NCBI GenBank assembly: GCA_964036045.1
Contig: OZ038379.1
Location: 41,664,001 to 41,728,000, forward strand
DNA from: Eutreptiella sp. 'Long Island Sound 2002'
Lineage: Eukaryota > Protista > Euglenida
Reading direction: 5' to 3'
Length of the DNA: 64,000 nt
In this document: one piece after another, positions 36,901-49,327 of the stretch
How positions within the stretch are numbered: the stretch's first letter is position 1
Layout: each line of letters opens with the position of its first letter
Translations under genes and position numbers: made by a program
Notes under the pieces: model-generated
The model's database searches: none
Seen by the model: only the letters and a program-made list of their open reading frames with translations
Told to the model about the DNA's origin: nothing

Positions 36901-38444
36901 TGTCATTCTCAACTTATGCTCTTTACCTTTAGCATCCTACTTCTTAGCTTGTTCCTTCCTCCCCGTTGCTTACCTTTGTAGTCTCTTGTTGGCCCTCGAG
37001 GCGTTCCATGCTTTTGACCCTTTGCCACACTTTGTTGCCAGGGGATGTGTTGGGTGTTGTTGCCACTCACCCTTTATGATCTTTTGCGCCTATGGACACC
37101 TTGTACGTGAAGCCCTTACGAGCTCCATGGTGGCTTGTCACATTCAACAAACCACGTAGCCCGTTTACCACTGAGCGTTGTTTGGGAGCCCTCTGAGCAT
37201 TGGATGTTGTATCGATTGCACTACGCACGAGGTGTGTGTATTGCGTATAATGAACGTTTCATTCCGCACTCTATCGGCGGCTTCCTCCCACGCTTCAGAA
37301 TCCACTGCCACACCAACACTCGCGTGCCGCCGCAGCGTTGAATTCAGGAAACATGCTGTAAATGGATTTTGTGTCCACACAAGCATTCGGAACAAAGGGG
37401 ACAGTATACACATGATTGGTGTTGTGTTCCACCAAAATTGTTGTTTGCGGAATTTTCCAAAAGTGCCCAAAATCTTGACAGCTAGAAACCGACTGCCAAG
37501 GCTCAACTACCACAAAGTCAAAATCGGACTCAGTCCTTGTAAAGGGCATTGAAAAATTGTTCAACTATTATTTGCAATCTTGAGAAATTAAAATCATTCT
37601 TTTGTCTGGCGAAGGGTACAATTTGGCACACTTCTCGCAAGTCCGGAATGTTGGTCCTCAAGCTACCACAGTAGCGCTCACAGGTCCAATGGCGTAGGTT
37701 CAACAATCATTTTGCAAGCAAGCTCTAAGGGTCCTCGAAAAAAATCGGCTTCTCCGAACCCCATGGCCTTGGGGTTCATTGTGCGCACGCATGGAGCCAT
37801 AAATGTACCGTGCACATCGGATATCTCCATTCCTCCATTCACAGAAGTGGGGTGGTATGCAATTTGGCCTAGTTCTCTTAGGCCACGCTAACTACCCGCC
37901 CCTTACGACCCAAACATGTGCACTTTGTGGCCTTTTCTGTGTCTTGTTTTTGTGCCTATGTTTTCCATGTGTGGCCTGTACTGTAATAGGTGGTGATGAA
38001 TAGCTGTACATTTATTGCGTGTACTATGCATACACACTTTGACACTCAAATTCACTGTCTCTATTTGCCAATTTAGCAAGACCTGGGCGAAATTTCCCCT
38101 AGCCTCCCCGGATAGCAAAAAAGGTATACATATTTTGATGTCTTGATGACCCTGGGCAAAATTTCGCCCAACTCTGCCTGTTTTGCAAAATATATAGCTT
38201 AAAAACACCAATCAGTGATCCTGGCCGAAATTTCATCCAGCCCCCCCGTGTTGCTTATTTCCTTGTGCTGTGCATGATATGTTGCCCTCTGCCTACCTAT
38301 CGCTTGGGCCTACCAATCGATAAAGTTGAACCTGGGCGAAATTTCTTCCAGCTTGCCTTGACACCCTTTACCTACAGGGTGGTACCTCTGTTGGGTTCTG
38401 TTCACGGGCTCTTAGGGTTGCTTCTGCCAATGTGGCTATGAGAC

Positions 38445-38951
38445 ATGATTGATGTGCGCTTTCTTCAAACAGCCGTGGGGGGTACTCGCGTTCGTACCCC
38501 GAAGGCTCTAATGCGGGTGGCATTGAACAAAGGGAGAACACTCCCGCTGCTGCAGCTGGCACTGGATTTTCGTCACAATAGAAAGACTAGACGTAATGTT
38601 GGGCATGTGCGGGCTGCCTTCAGTTCTCGTCGTGTACCAAGATGGTTGTTGGTCCTGCAGAAGCAAGTTTTCTCACTCTATAACATTGTGCGAGTGCCGA
38701 CATACCCCCGTGCTGAGAGAGCCACTGGAGCCTCGTATCGTGGTACAATGACCCAGTCCATCCGTCGTAAGCTGGCAATGGAAGAGGAATGCACTATCAA
38801 TGCCCCTACTATCTCGGCCCAGGCCAGTGTTCAAGCTCCCCACCTGTGGGATTCACTTGAGAGACATCAAATTACCCTGTGGTTCGACAATTACCGTCGC
38901 TACATCAATGGGGTCGACCCTCATAGCCTCAGAGATACTCCTCTCACCTAG
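38445..38951 (+). pseudogene. N-terminal fragment of the same transposase family
   Basis: HQITLWFDNYRRYINGVDP matches VLWIDNYNKWRY at ~10700. The ORF ends inside the intron-like sequence starting at 38935. Confidence 0.55.
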
Positions 38952-39029
38952 TGCCTTCCACTCGTTCTAGTTTGGTTCTAGTTAGCCTCGGACACCGCTC
39001 GCTAGAAGGTAGGCTAGGCTAGACTAGAA

Positions 39030-39365
39030 CTTGGGGTGCACTATTCGCAAGGTTGCCGGGAGTGCTTTGCGCGCGAGGAACGCTTTTTCGTGTTTTTTCT
39101 TGCACTTCTTCCGTGACCCCTTGTTTTGCATCCTGCCCCTGTCCTTTGACACATTTTTACGGCTGAAGCGCCGTAAAATGTTTGTCCGTGCAGGCGGAAA
39201 CAACACGGCAGCAGAATGAAATACAAGACCTGAAACAGCTATGTTGTGTCTGTGCGTGGGTTAATGGCACGGGACATGTACAAAGGTGGTGCAAGGCATC
39301 AGGCACCTATGAATTGAAAGAATGAGAAGAAAAGGGTCAAAAGGGTCAAAATGGTCAATGGTTAT
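39030..39365 (+). mobile_element. Nested left end of a family-A element
   Basis: Direct copy of 7781-8118, beginning with the intact TIR CTTGGGGTGCACTATTCGCAAGGTTGCCGG. No matching right end was found downstream. Confidence 0.9.
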
Positions 39366-40301
39366 AGATTGCGTCAACAGCAGGCTGCCCAATGAATTTG
39401 ACAAGCTTGCCCAACCCTGCCCCACGCCTGGATACAGTGACCTTCAGACACCAAGAGACAGGTAAAAATAGAGGCCTACAATAAGGTATAACGGATACAG
39501 TTGAAACGTTGAACGCAGCACGTTGCCTTCATCAATTGTAATACCAATTTCAGGCAACATGTTCTGAGTATGGGTGAGCAGGGGGTCCTCTGGATCCTCC
39601 GCAATATGCTCTAGTAAGAGTGCCGTCTGCTCACTGGTTGTTGACACACTACTGCTTGTGGTCTGCACTTGATGAAGCCCTGCTACCTTTCTCCGTATGG
39701 GCAAAGGAGTGTCTCTTCTAACCTCAAAGCCTTCAAACTCTCTGGTCCATGTAGGCAGGGGGTGATTTTTGGCTTCCTTTTCCTTGCGATGTTGCATGGG
39801 AGCCGTGAGGATGTGCTGGCCCCCAATGGCATACCAAAACCCAGCTGTACATGAGGTGAGAGGTAGTACAGAGTAAAATCAAATGGCACCGAAGATCGAG
39901 TAAAATCGAAACAAGATTGGGTAGAACATACGCACACCGGGTACCAACAGTAAATCATCAATACAATCAGGAGGTGGTGCCCGTAATAAATCATCAGAGC
40001 GGGCCTGGACTCGCTCGGGGTTCAGCGCACGAACTTGGCCTTCAGAGCGATCTCTATCAATCAGGATGTGATCCCATCGGACACGAATGCATTTTGTGGA
40101 AGTGAGGTAATCTGCCAGATTGATGTCTCCCTTTTCTTTCGGTTTGGGCTTTGGCTTCGGTTTGGCGGCCAGTTTGGGCTGTGGTTCTGCTGTAGGGGCT
40201 TCAACAGCAGAAGTTCCCTCAGTTCCACTGAGATGATCTTCATCATTGGCCAGGTTTTCGGGCGGTGTACCAACATTTTGACCGATTTCCATAGAAGACA
40301 T
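39366..40301 (-). pseudogene. ParB/Srx-like gene of element C, 5' half (inside the inverted block)
   Basis: From ATG 40301: IRVRWDHILIDRDRSEGQVRALNPERVQ. A GT-AG intron at 39845-39937 gives VP-A-GFWYAIGGQHILTA, then RRDTPLPIRRKVAG and RRGAGLGKLV up to ~39366. Confidence 0.62.
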
Positions 40302-41076
40302 TGCTTGGAAGGTAACAAAATAGCAGGTGCACAGTGCAGACATGGTGATATCCAGGTGCTGAGACACAGATATTAGCCAAATCAGATCAAATTTATAGAA
40401 CCAAGGTTCAAAAACACGAAATGTGTCCAGCAGGGATAAGACAGTGCTGAAGGATGCCAAATTTACAGTGACAGGAAAGCTGGGCGAAATCTCGCCCAGC
40501 TTTGGTAGGAACAAATAACAACAGGCTGAAAATCATGAAAGTCGGGGGCCTGGGCGAAATTTCGCCCAGTCGGAAGCACAATAGCAAATAAAGCAGGCAA
40601 ATCAGTCCCAACTCTGTGTACTCCGTCCCAACTCCTCTTCCTCATCCAGCACTTTCAGGGCCGAGTCACTGCGCACCTCTTCTGGGCCCTCACCGCCACC
40701 ATCAACATAATTGAAATCATCTAGCACCGGTACAGCAGCAGGCATGGCGTGGAGGGCGGGGGGTTTTGGGGGGGGGGGTCTGGGAAGGGGGGGGGGGTGC
40801 TGGGGGGACGACCACCGGCACACCGCGCGCTGCGGGTTTGACGGCTGGTTTTGCAGCTGGTTTTGGAGGTGTGTTGATACTCTGGTAGTGTGCACTGCGT
40901 TGCCTCTGATCAACATTGGAGCGCTTCTGACTATATGCATTTAGAAAATCCTCAACACCATTGGGTATTTTGGTCTTGGCAATGAGACACCGTAGGCTAT
41001 GCCGAACAAGGCTCAAAAATTGCTGATTCGTAACCCTTGTACGCGACAACACTCCCGGAAATTGCATGCGGGGGGC

Positions 41077-42500
41077 TTAATCAAGACGCTTGACCACATA
41101 CTTATCCTGTTGTAGGACAGCAATGGGGAACCAAGCATGTGAGATGTTCTGAATGAACAAATGCACGTGCTTTGTGTACTTGTCCACGGACTTCTGCGTC
41201 AGGACACCCTGGCATCTTTTCTCTCCTGGAAGTCTGGGGGGGAGAGTTAAAAAAATATCAGTTGTCTGCTGCACCGACTTCGCATTACCAACCTCCCTTG
41301 ACCGCATGAGTAGGCGACTAAGCATTGCTTCGCCGTACTCCTCAGAAAACAGGCAACCAAGTGCCCGGGTGTGCCAGTCGGACCAGAAAAGCAGTGCTAC
41401 AGTATTGGTACGCAGGTATACAGTGCTCAGCCACTTTTCAAAAGGTATGATATTCATCATCAAGACAGTACTCATTTCAATGCTTTCTTTTGCAGCTACA
41501 ATGGAATTCAGAGAGCGACCGTTCCAGTTACATTCACGCACAAGAACCCCTAGTGCCAGAAGTGCTGGGCAGTACAAATACAACAGGGCCTTCAGGGCTA
41601 ACAGACATTTCAGACCTAGTCTTTAAATATCAGACAACTCAGCAAGATTACCCATAAGGACCAGGGTAGTACCATCAAGCCGTGCTTTGTTAGCAGCTGT
41701 AGCCAGGAACAAACCAACAATGGTTTTTTCCACATGACGAAGTTTGACTTTCATGGGCACCACAGCTCCAGCCTTCGGGTCCCAACCCTGCTCAAGAAAT
41801 TTAATAATAGGGGCAAATGCCTTGTAGGTTATTTCCACAGAATACTTATACGGGTGCCAGACACCGTAAAGCAAGGGGTGTCCCAACAGGAACTGGTCTA
41901 CGTGCCAGGGGGCATAGCTTGCTCCGAACGACATTTTCGGGAGTGCGTAAAAGATCTTCATGTCAATCAGAAATGGCACAGTCCGTCTCGTCTTTACGTG
42001 CAAGCATTCCAGCCCCTTGACAGACTCCAGTAACTCAACATGACTTCCGCATTTCAGGTGTGATAACAGAAAGGGCATTCAGTTGAGGGATACCACAACA
42101 TTGCCAGCATAGTCCAGAGGTGCACGAACCCAAGTCTGCAATATAGGCCCATCTGGGACGTTACTTCTTTGCAACAGCAATTCAACACAGCGAACTAGGT
42201 AGTCGACAACCCCGGGTATACATTGTGCAACAGCATCCAAACCGGACAGACCGTGGTACTGGGGCAACTCAGTAGTGTGCAACACACCGCATGCATGTGT
42301 AGCCGCAGCCTAAGGCGGGGTGTGTTTGTCCTAAAAGTCCTTGGTTTGCGCGTGTGGGCTGTTTTCCCCCAAGCAGAAACGTTCCCCCGCACGTTTCTAC
42401 TTTTTACCGCCGCCTCCTGGATCAACTCCCCATGGCAATCCTTGCAGGGGAGTTGAGGAGGGGTTTCCATCCACAACACGGATTGTCACGTGACAATCAT
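41077..42500 (-). pseudogene. DDE-transposase-like gene within element C
   Basis: VRAPLD, PFLIDMKIFY, PLLYGVWHPYKY, YCPALLALGVLVR and FSEEYGEAMLSRL are colinear with the element A gene at 9487-10859. Confidence 0.68.
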
Positions 42501-42637
42501 CAACCAGCAAATTCATCGACAAAACAGCTCCGCATCCCGAGCCAAATAAATCACTTTGGTAGACCGCGGGAACTAAGAGGTTTCTCATTTAACCTCTCGA
42601 ACGACATGCGGGAACACAGCAGGTTCCAGCCCTTGGG

Positions 42638-44360
42638 ATGCCGAAGCGAGATGTTGAACCGGCGCTAGGGGTTTTCAAAGAGTGCGAAGGATTGATGCCA
42701 GACAGACTGTCAGGCATTGTCCTCTACATGTCGGGTACTAAAAGCTCAGTACTGGGTATCAAACATGAAATAAAGTTGGCCAGAGTTGAGCAGTTGTGGA
42801 GCCGGCATGTGCTCCTTCCGGATGCAGTCACAGAGGGGTTTGTGCACGAGTCCAAGGGTATGCCGACTTTTTCTGCATTATTTTGCACTGTCAGTGGTAG
42901 TTATTTCCACCTGTTTGTTTCGTTGTTGTCGCTGAGCTGGGCTAAATTTCGCCTAGGTCCCTCGATTCTCGTTCATAAGCATACCATTTTTGAACTGTCT
43001 CATTTGTGTCCTGTGTATACCCTCTGCAGCAAATTTGGGTACTGTGACCATGTGCAAAGAACAATGTCGTATTATGGCCCATATCCGGGTCCTGTATGGC
43101 TGCTGGGTGTGGAGTACCGAGTCACCTTGGCCACCGTGGGCTTCTGTTGTCAAGGCAGTTTTTTGGACCTCCAACCTTGACCAAGGGTTACGTGACAGGC
43201 TTCGCAAGCCCCGTGTGACACCAAATATTGAAAAGGCTCACGGTGGGCATATGAGTCTTAAGTTGGGTGACACCATTATTGAGACAGACTCAGGGAAAGT
43301 TCTAAAGGAGGAGGGTAGAGTTGAGCAACTCCCTTTGTGGGCAGGCTGCCCTGTTCCCAGCTTTATTAGTGCACTGCCATTTGTTTGCATCCTGATTGAG
43401 GTCCCACGTGTGTGGACGTTGGCACTGCACAATTTTGTGGCACAATTTGTGTTGAATGGTATTTTGGTGGCAGTCACCGGTGAGACTGATGATGTTCGGG
43501 CCTGTGTTGGCAACCTCAAAGCTGCCTGTGCTGAGGAATTTTTCCATGCTGATGTCTGTGTGTACAACCTGTCCAAACCATCAGCACTGTTCAGCACTGG
43601 ACAGACTGCTCTTGCATTGTGTAGTCTGCATCAATTTTCGGCACGCCTACCTCAATCCCTCTCTTATATACAGGGCCCACTTACGACTGCCATTCGTGTC
43701 GAAGTGTTGTGTTATTTGCTGTATGCTTTGGATTTGATTCAGCAGAATAGTACATGGGTAATGGTCTGCACACAGCAGCCAAATTTTTCTGCATCCCTGT
43801 CCATTCAGAGCATGTTTCCTGTCAACATTGCTATTGCATACCTGTCTGAGGAGAAGTCTATTCCTAAGTCATTTGTCACTGATTTGAGGGCTGCTGTGTC
43901 GAAGTCCGATACTGTGGCACCAATCCAGTGGGACCGAGTGTATGAAGACCTTGCCCATGGGTTTCCAGTAGATTGTACGGGAAGGAGGTATGTAGAGCAA
44001 GAAGAGGAGGCCACCCAACCAGAGGAAGAGGACGGTGAATCCCAGAAGCCCCCCCCCCCCCCCCCGCAAAAGGCAACCGGCAAGCAAGCGGACGGCACCC
44101 CGGCCAAGGCTAAAAAATCAAAGGCTGGAGCAAGCTCCTCACAGCAGAGCCCCAAGCCTGGTGCAAAGCCTCCACCCAACAAGGCGCTGGGCACGTTTGC
44201 AGCCCATTTCACACCGTCCCAGCAGACACAGAATGGACGTGGTGCCACTGGTAGCGCTAACAGTGAGATGTCTGGTGACCAGGCAGGACAGGCAAATTGT
44301 GGGCAGTTTCCTGGTAAGGGTGCCAAACCAAAGGCACCTGGCCTGAGGAAGCGGCGATAG
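42638..44360 (+). pseudogene. 3' half of the ParB-like gene, ending in an acidic/Pro-Lys-rich tail
   Basis: ORFs 42638-43180 and 42990-44360. DVEPALGVFKECEGL weakly aligns with YEPIKAATFRDYSSGL downstream of RRFAGLG in element A. The last ~375 nt are shared with 5047-5414. Confidence 0.5.
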
Positions 44361-47229
44361 AGTGACAGTGGTGTGTGCTGTGACTGCTGTGTTGTATGTT
44401 TTCCCTGTTACACGTCACAATGGGGTTGTGCGCTGTCTCTGCTGATACCATCGACGTCTTGAGGACTGTTTTTTGGTGTTTTACTAAAGCTGGAAGAAAT
44501 TTCGCCCAGGTTCGGGTATTCCACACAGGGTTGCCGCACCCTGTGTGTGCCCAAAAAACTGTCAATTGACAGTCACTCAAATTCATGCATCATAATCAAG
44601 GTCTCTACTTGCCATTAATGAGACCTCTGGGCGAAATTTAGTCCAGCTTTGCAAAAATGTAAAAACGAACCGTGTTGATACATTTGTGTGTAATACAGAA
44701 AGGTTTGTTGTATTGCTGAAACGTGCATTCTTCCTCTGCTTTTCCAGTATGCATACATGCTTATTGTGTTTTAACAACTACGATGTGGTTACATGACAAT
44801 GGCATTTTAGGTAAATAGCGATACTCATTTTTTCCTCTCAAGAGGGAAGGGCTCCCCTAGGGGGAAAATTCATACCTTGTTTTTTTTGGGGGGGGGTTAC
44901 AGGATGGCCCCGTGGAGCCCAGCCTGTGGGTAGGGGGGTGGGAAGTTAGCGTGGCCTAAGGTTCTAACGCAAATGTTCAGGGCAGCAAGGCCGTAAGCGT
45001 TCGTGGCGCCAGTGCCGCAAAGCGGCGGGGGTAGTAGAGGGGAAGCAGTTCCGTGTCAAGAAGACTTGAACCCCCCCCCCCCCCCAACGTGACAGGAACA
45101 GAGGCTCCACCCGCTTTTCTTGTCCTTATTTGACAACATGAAAGGAACAACATGACCAAATGGCATGACGGTATGACTGTAATACCCAAGTTGAGGTAGG
45201 CTACATTATTTTCCGGGTTGTCTGTACGGTCCGGCATACCTTCAAGAATGGAGCATTTTGAGTAGGCATGGGGAAACCGCATCCGCCACTAGGTAAAGGA
45301 ACACACTAGGGAGGGGGAAGGCAATGGGTCGGCGGAAGGGGTGGTGCGTTGCCGTGCTGTCTGAGTAGTAGACAGGCATCTCCCGTCGGTGCTACGTTCA
45401 AGAGGCTCTGACAAAATTCTTCTTTCTGGCGGTGACATTTGGAGAATCGTTGATAGGAAGAAGTTCATGCAATCGTTCATTGGAGCAAGTTTATGAATGG
45501 GAATTGGTGGGGTTTGCTTATCTTCAATTGAACGCCTGCCTCAATTGATTTTCTCGTCACCTTGTGGTGGTCATGAGTTTCCGTTCGCTAAGCTGGTCGA
45601 AAATTAATACATATGACGGGCGGGGGGGGGGGTTCCTATGAGGGAAAATCCGCTCAACGCAAATACCAAGGAGTGGCCGGCTCCATCTCTCTTTGGACCG
45701 ACATGACCCCTAGGAAACCACCGGGGTGTTCAAACATGCTCCGTTCAAAATGCTTGCAATTTTCAGCATCGTGGCTTGGTTGTTGTTCCCAGAGGCCTCC
45801 CCTAAGTTCCTAGGCAAGGAGCTTTTGCGGAATCGGAAGGGGACACCCCTCTCCTGTGCCGCTCTTGGTAGGTCGGGCACTAGGGTGTTCATGGTGCTGT
45901 GCCGCCACCCCAACCATACCACAACGCCAAGCTCAAGGACCAAACATTAGGTCCACCAACGGCACAAAGTTGAGAGACACGGGAGCGGTGCAACGTCTTT
46001 ACATCGTGCCGGTAGGTGATTTAATGTGCTACTGGGGACGTATGATTTTTGCTAGCACAGTGAACACTCATTATATTAAGTTAGGTAAACTTGATTGGTG
46101 TGGTTGGTATTGTCTCCTATCTACACCAAACAAATAATCTAGTGTTAGCACACAGAGGGGGGAGGCAAACTCTGCTGGTGGACGGATGTCACTAGCTCTC
46201 TTTTGTTTCGCCGAAACTCTTTTGGGGTTGGAATTTCATTTGAAATACTTGATATCTCTTCGGCCGAATGGTACCTTGGTCCACTGCATCCATGAGGCTA
46301 TTCGAACGTGCCCATGGTTGCCATCCTTGACGCACTGTTTTTTGCCGCCAAAAATTATATTTGTGGGGTTACAACATAATGAAACAACCCAGGTCGATGT
46401 TGAAATGGAATCCGTTCTTTGTCAACAAAAACCAGCGCCCTTGCTTTGGTTCACTTTGTGCCGCGAAGGTAGTTTATTAACAATCGTCTTCCTCGTCATA
46501 TGCACAAAAATTGGTATATTGGAGGCTGGTTCTTTGGTCCAGAGTGAGGAGTCCCGCAATTTTGGTACTAGTGATGGGAGCTTTTGTGATGCCCTCAGGT
46601 TTGCAAGCAAAGCTGCTTCAGGGCTCCTAGGCAACGGTACACCGGCTGCTTGTGGATTGGGTTTAGCCGTGCTTTTCAGCCTAAGCTTAGGATATGGCCG
46701 TTTGGCCCCTTCTACTTGCAACTGCGAATCTTGTGGAATCTTTGCATCTCGGAGAGTTAGGGGTTGGGTCACGGATGTGGTAGCAAAGGGATTGTCGTTT
46801 GTGGGTCATGGTCCAAACATGGTGTGGCTCTTTTTGCCACTTCTAGTGAAAAATTTTGGGACAGTGTGTGTCCGCACCATTTTTATTGCAAGAACTCTCA
46901 TAGCAGTGTTAGTAGGCATCTCGTAGCCATGCCGGGAAGGCCCAGTTCCGCAACCTCTCTCTTGCAAGTAGCCCCACACGGGGCACCGAGGTGCAGCCCC
47001 TGACCCAACCCCCCAACCCCCTGCCGCCCTCTTTGGGGGCCATTTTGTTTGAGAGGTCCCCACCATCGTACAAGGCAGTATGGAGGTATTCGTTGACGTT
47101 GAGAATGCCCGAACATTTTGGTCCCGGGTATGAATGGGCCGGGAGAACGGTCACTCCATGTGTTAATATTGAAAGTGCTCATTTTCTTTCTCGCCATTTC
47201 CCCTCGAACTGCAACAAGGTATAAATCGG

Positions 47230-47560
47230 GCATCCACGTGTGACATTGTCTCCATATGGATCTTTCCCTGTTTGGGGATATGCCTCAACAATCCATGCAC
47301 CTCAGCGCATGGTCCCTTGGGTGTGGGCCGCTACAACCATCATGACAGTGGTAAGGAGGGTGAGTGGACACCTTGGTTGTTGTATGTTGACCCTTCACGC
47401 CACCGCTTCCCTAACACCTTGTTCACAGCAAGGTTTTTGAGAAGCAACATTAGTGGAGATCATTATGAGACGATCCGCAAGGTTGCTTTTGGTTTGGGTG
47501 GACCGGCACTTGGCTACAAGTGGTGCACCACCGTGGGTGAAAGGAGGGTTTTTTTTGTCC
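47230..47560 (-). pseudogene. Possible retroviral-type (rve) integrase remnant
   Basis: LLLKNLAVNKV...GSTYNN...PTPKGPCAEVHGLLR loosely fits PLKNK...D.GSEF.N...P...G.AE. Many stops. Confidence 0.28.
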
Positions 47561-47899
47561 TAGGTGGTTCTTCTCCTCCTCCTCCGCCCCCCCCCCTTTC
47601 CAGAGGAGGGCGCAGTTGTGTGCCTTACAGGTCCCCTTGACTACCGCGAAAATGCGCTGCATCTGGGAACCTTTCCGGGCAGGAAAGTGGGCAAGGAACC
47701 GCCGGGCGCACCCAAAGACCCCTCCAACTGTTGGGTGCGCCGCTGGAAGCGCTCCACTGGAAACCCCCCCCCCTCCTAGGACACTCGGTGGGTGCGGGCT
47801 GCCATTCTACGTCTTCTCGGTTGAGAAATGTTTTGTTCCTAGTGTTTGTTGCTGTAGGAAACAACGTGTACCACTGCCCGCTTGCTTGATTTAAAATGG

Positions 47900-48070
47900 G
47901 TTCAAAAGTGTTGGAACCCCAGCGGAACCCCTTCCAGCACTTCGCTGGAAGGGGGCTTCAGCGCTAGAAGGGGGAGGTTCCAGCGGTTGAAGGGGGTGCC
48001 AGCGGGGGTGCCAGCAAGGGTTCCAACGCTGGAAGGGGGTCCCAGCAGGGTTCTAGCAGGGGTTTCCAAC
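47900..48070. repeat. GC-rich short-repeat cluster (GCTGGAA-GGGGG-TTCCAGC family)
   Basis: Multiple GGAAGGGGG/GGTTCCAGC variants. Related clusters lie at 49640-49770 and 51520-51610, and loosely (inverted) at 27590-27690. Confidence 0.7.
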
Positions 48071-48265
48071 ACGTGTTCTACCTCCACATGCGCTACTCTC
48101 CGCTCACGTTTCTCACACTATTGTGCCATCTTTTCACCTTGATCATGGACCGCTGAAATTGTCCGGTTCTTGGATCATCGCTTGACAAGGCTAATGCCGT
48201 TGTTGGGACTCGTGGATATGCAGCCCGTGTTGGTTGTGAACTCGAAGCCCTGACATCTCAAACCA

Positions 48266-49327
48266 ATGGTGCTGCAGATGTCCATCATGCATGATCGTAC
48301 CCCTCGTGCGGTGAGGGATTTCTTCATCGATATTATGGACAAAAACCCCCTCGTTCCCATTTTTCTATTCTCCCTTCATCCCAAAGAGGCGGAGGATTTG
48401 CACCTGAGCATCACCTCTAGGCTCCTCACCGACTCCATAGGCACCGTGAAGCTGCATGCGGCGCACAACCAGACCGGTGCCGTCCTCTTTACCTGGAGGC
48501 GCCCCGGAAGCAAGCATTTGGCCAAGGACAACTATTTACCCCCCCAACCCACAACTCACACACTCCGCTTCCTCGCCCTCAAAGACGCGCACATACATAT
48601 TCCCATCGACTCGTTGCCCATGTGCAGCCAGTTACACGGGAGACCTGACGACTGCTATGGCCTTACCACCCCCACCATGATGTCCACTACCGACGAGGAG
48701 CCCTTTGTTCGTTGTCCTGTGTGCCACACCCTTCCATTGATTGGCAGTAACGAGGAGGTCTTCTATGGCCCTGCACTTGGCACAGCCACCAATGCGAATC
48801 CCAATGCCAGCGCCAGCTTTGGGCTTTGCCGTTACCGGGGTATCTTTGCCGACTCCCCGGCCCACAACGCCACCGAGGACGAGTGCATCACCATTACGGG
48901 TCACAAGTGGGGGTCCGTCTGCAACGACAATGTGCCGGCTCCAGGTCGTCAAGGAGACAACCCTGGCCGAACTGCCTGCTACAACCGCTTGGGACTACCA
49001 CTACTGGATGACGAGGGGACGGAGTTGCCCGCCTTGGATGCCTTTGCGAAGGAAGCACACTTTGAGTTGCAAAAAGTGAATGAGTTTGAGGATGCCGTGG
49101 TTGTCCGGGGCGGTTTTATCCGCGCAACCAATGACGGGCGGCAACAATGGAACCGGGGTGACACCTTGATACACAAGACTCAAAGCAAAGCCCTCTCAAT
49201 ATTTGGCCCTGCAACGTGTTTATTCTCGCAGATGCCTCTTGCGGTTGATATGTGCCCATGTCCCATGAGGATGTGCCGAAGCCCTCGTACGAATACCCGC
49301 TGGACATGGTCTTCACATCGGAGTTGA
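48266..49327 (+). CDS. 353-aa ORF of unknown function (weak SET-like pattern), possibly continuing by frameshift into a C2H2-like motif at ~49540-49600
   Basis: Long stop-free ORF of ordinary amino-acid composition with GLCRYRGIF, GHKWGSVCND and FIRATND. CFACQKVPLGPRAMQHLPQQH lies downstream. Confidence 0.4.
   Translation: MVLQMSIMHDRTPRAVRDFFIDIMDKNPLVPIFLFSLHPKEAEDLHLSITSRLLTDSIGTVKLHAAHNQTGAVLFTWRRPGSKHLAKDNYLPPQPTTHTLRFLALKDAHIHIPIDSLPMCSQLHGRPDDCYGLTTPTMMSTTDEEPFVRCPVCHTLPLIGSNEEVFYGPALGTATNANPNASASFGLCRYRGIFADSPAHNATEDECITITGHKWGSVCNDNVPAPGRQGDNPGRTACYNRLGLPLLDDEGTELPALDAFAKEAHFELQKVNEFEDAVVVRGGFIRATNDGRQQWNRGDTLIHKTQSKALSIFGPATCLFSQMPLAVDMCPCPMRMCRSPRTNTRWTWSSHRS

Larger units (their letters stand above)
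37877..44960. mobile_element. Element C: 7.1-kb TIR DNA transposon with 5-bp TSD (internally rearranged)
   Basis: TIR CTTAGGCCACGCTAACT(A/T)CCC(G/A)CCCC at 37877-37902 and reverse complement 44935-44960 (first 17 bp perfect), flanked by direct GTTCT at 37872-37876 and 44961-44965. Confidence 0.9.

Noticed and set aside
39025-39029. TAGAA as TSD of the nested A element
   Set aside because: No matching right end or second TAGAA junction was found, so it cannot be confirmed.
46186-47233. Protein-like ORF fragments
   Set aside because: No recognisable motif or second copy in the window, so they are left unannotated.
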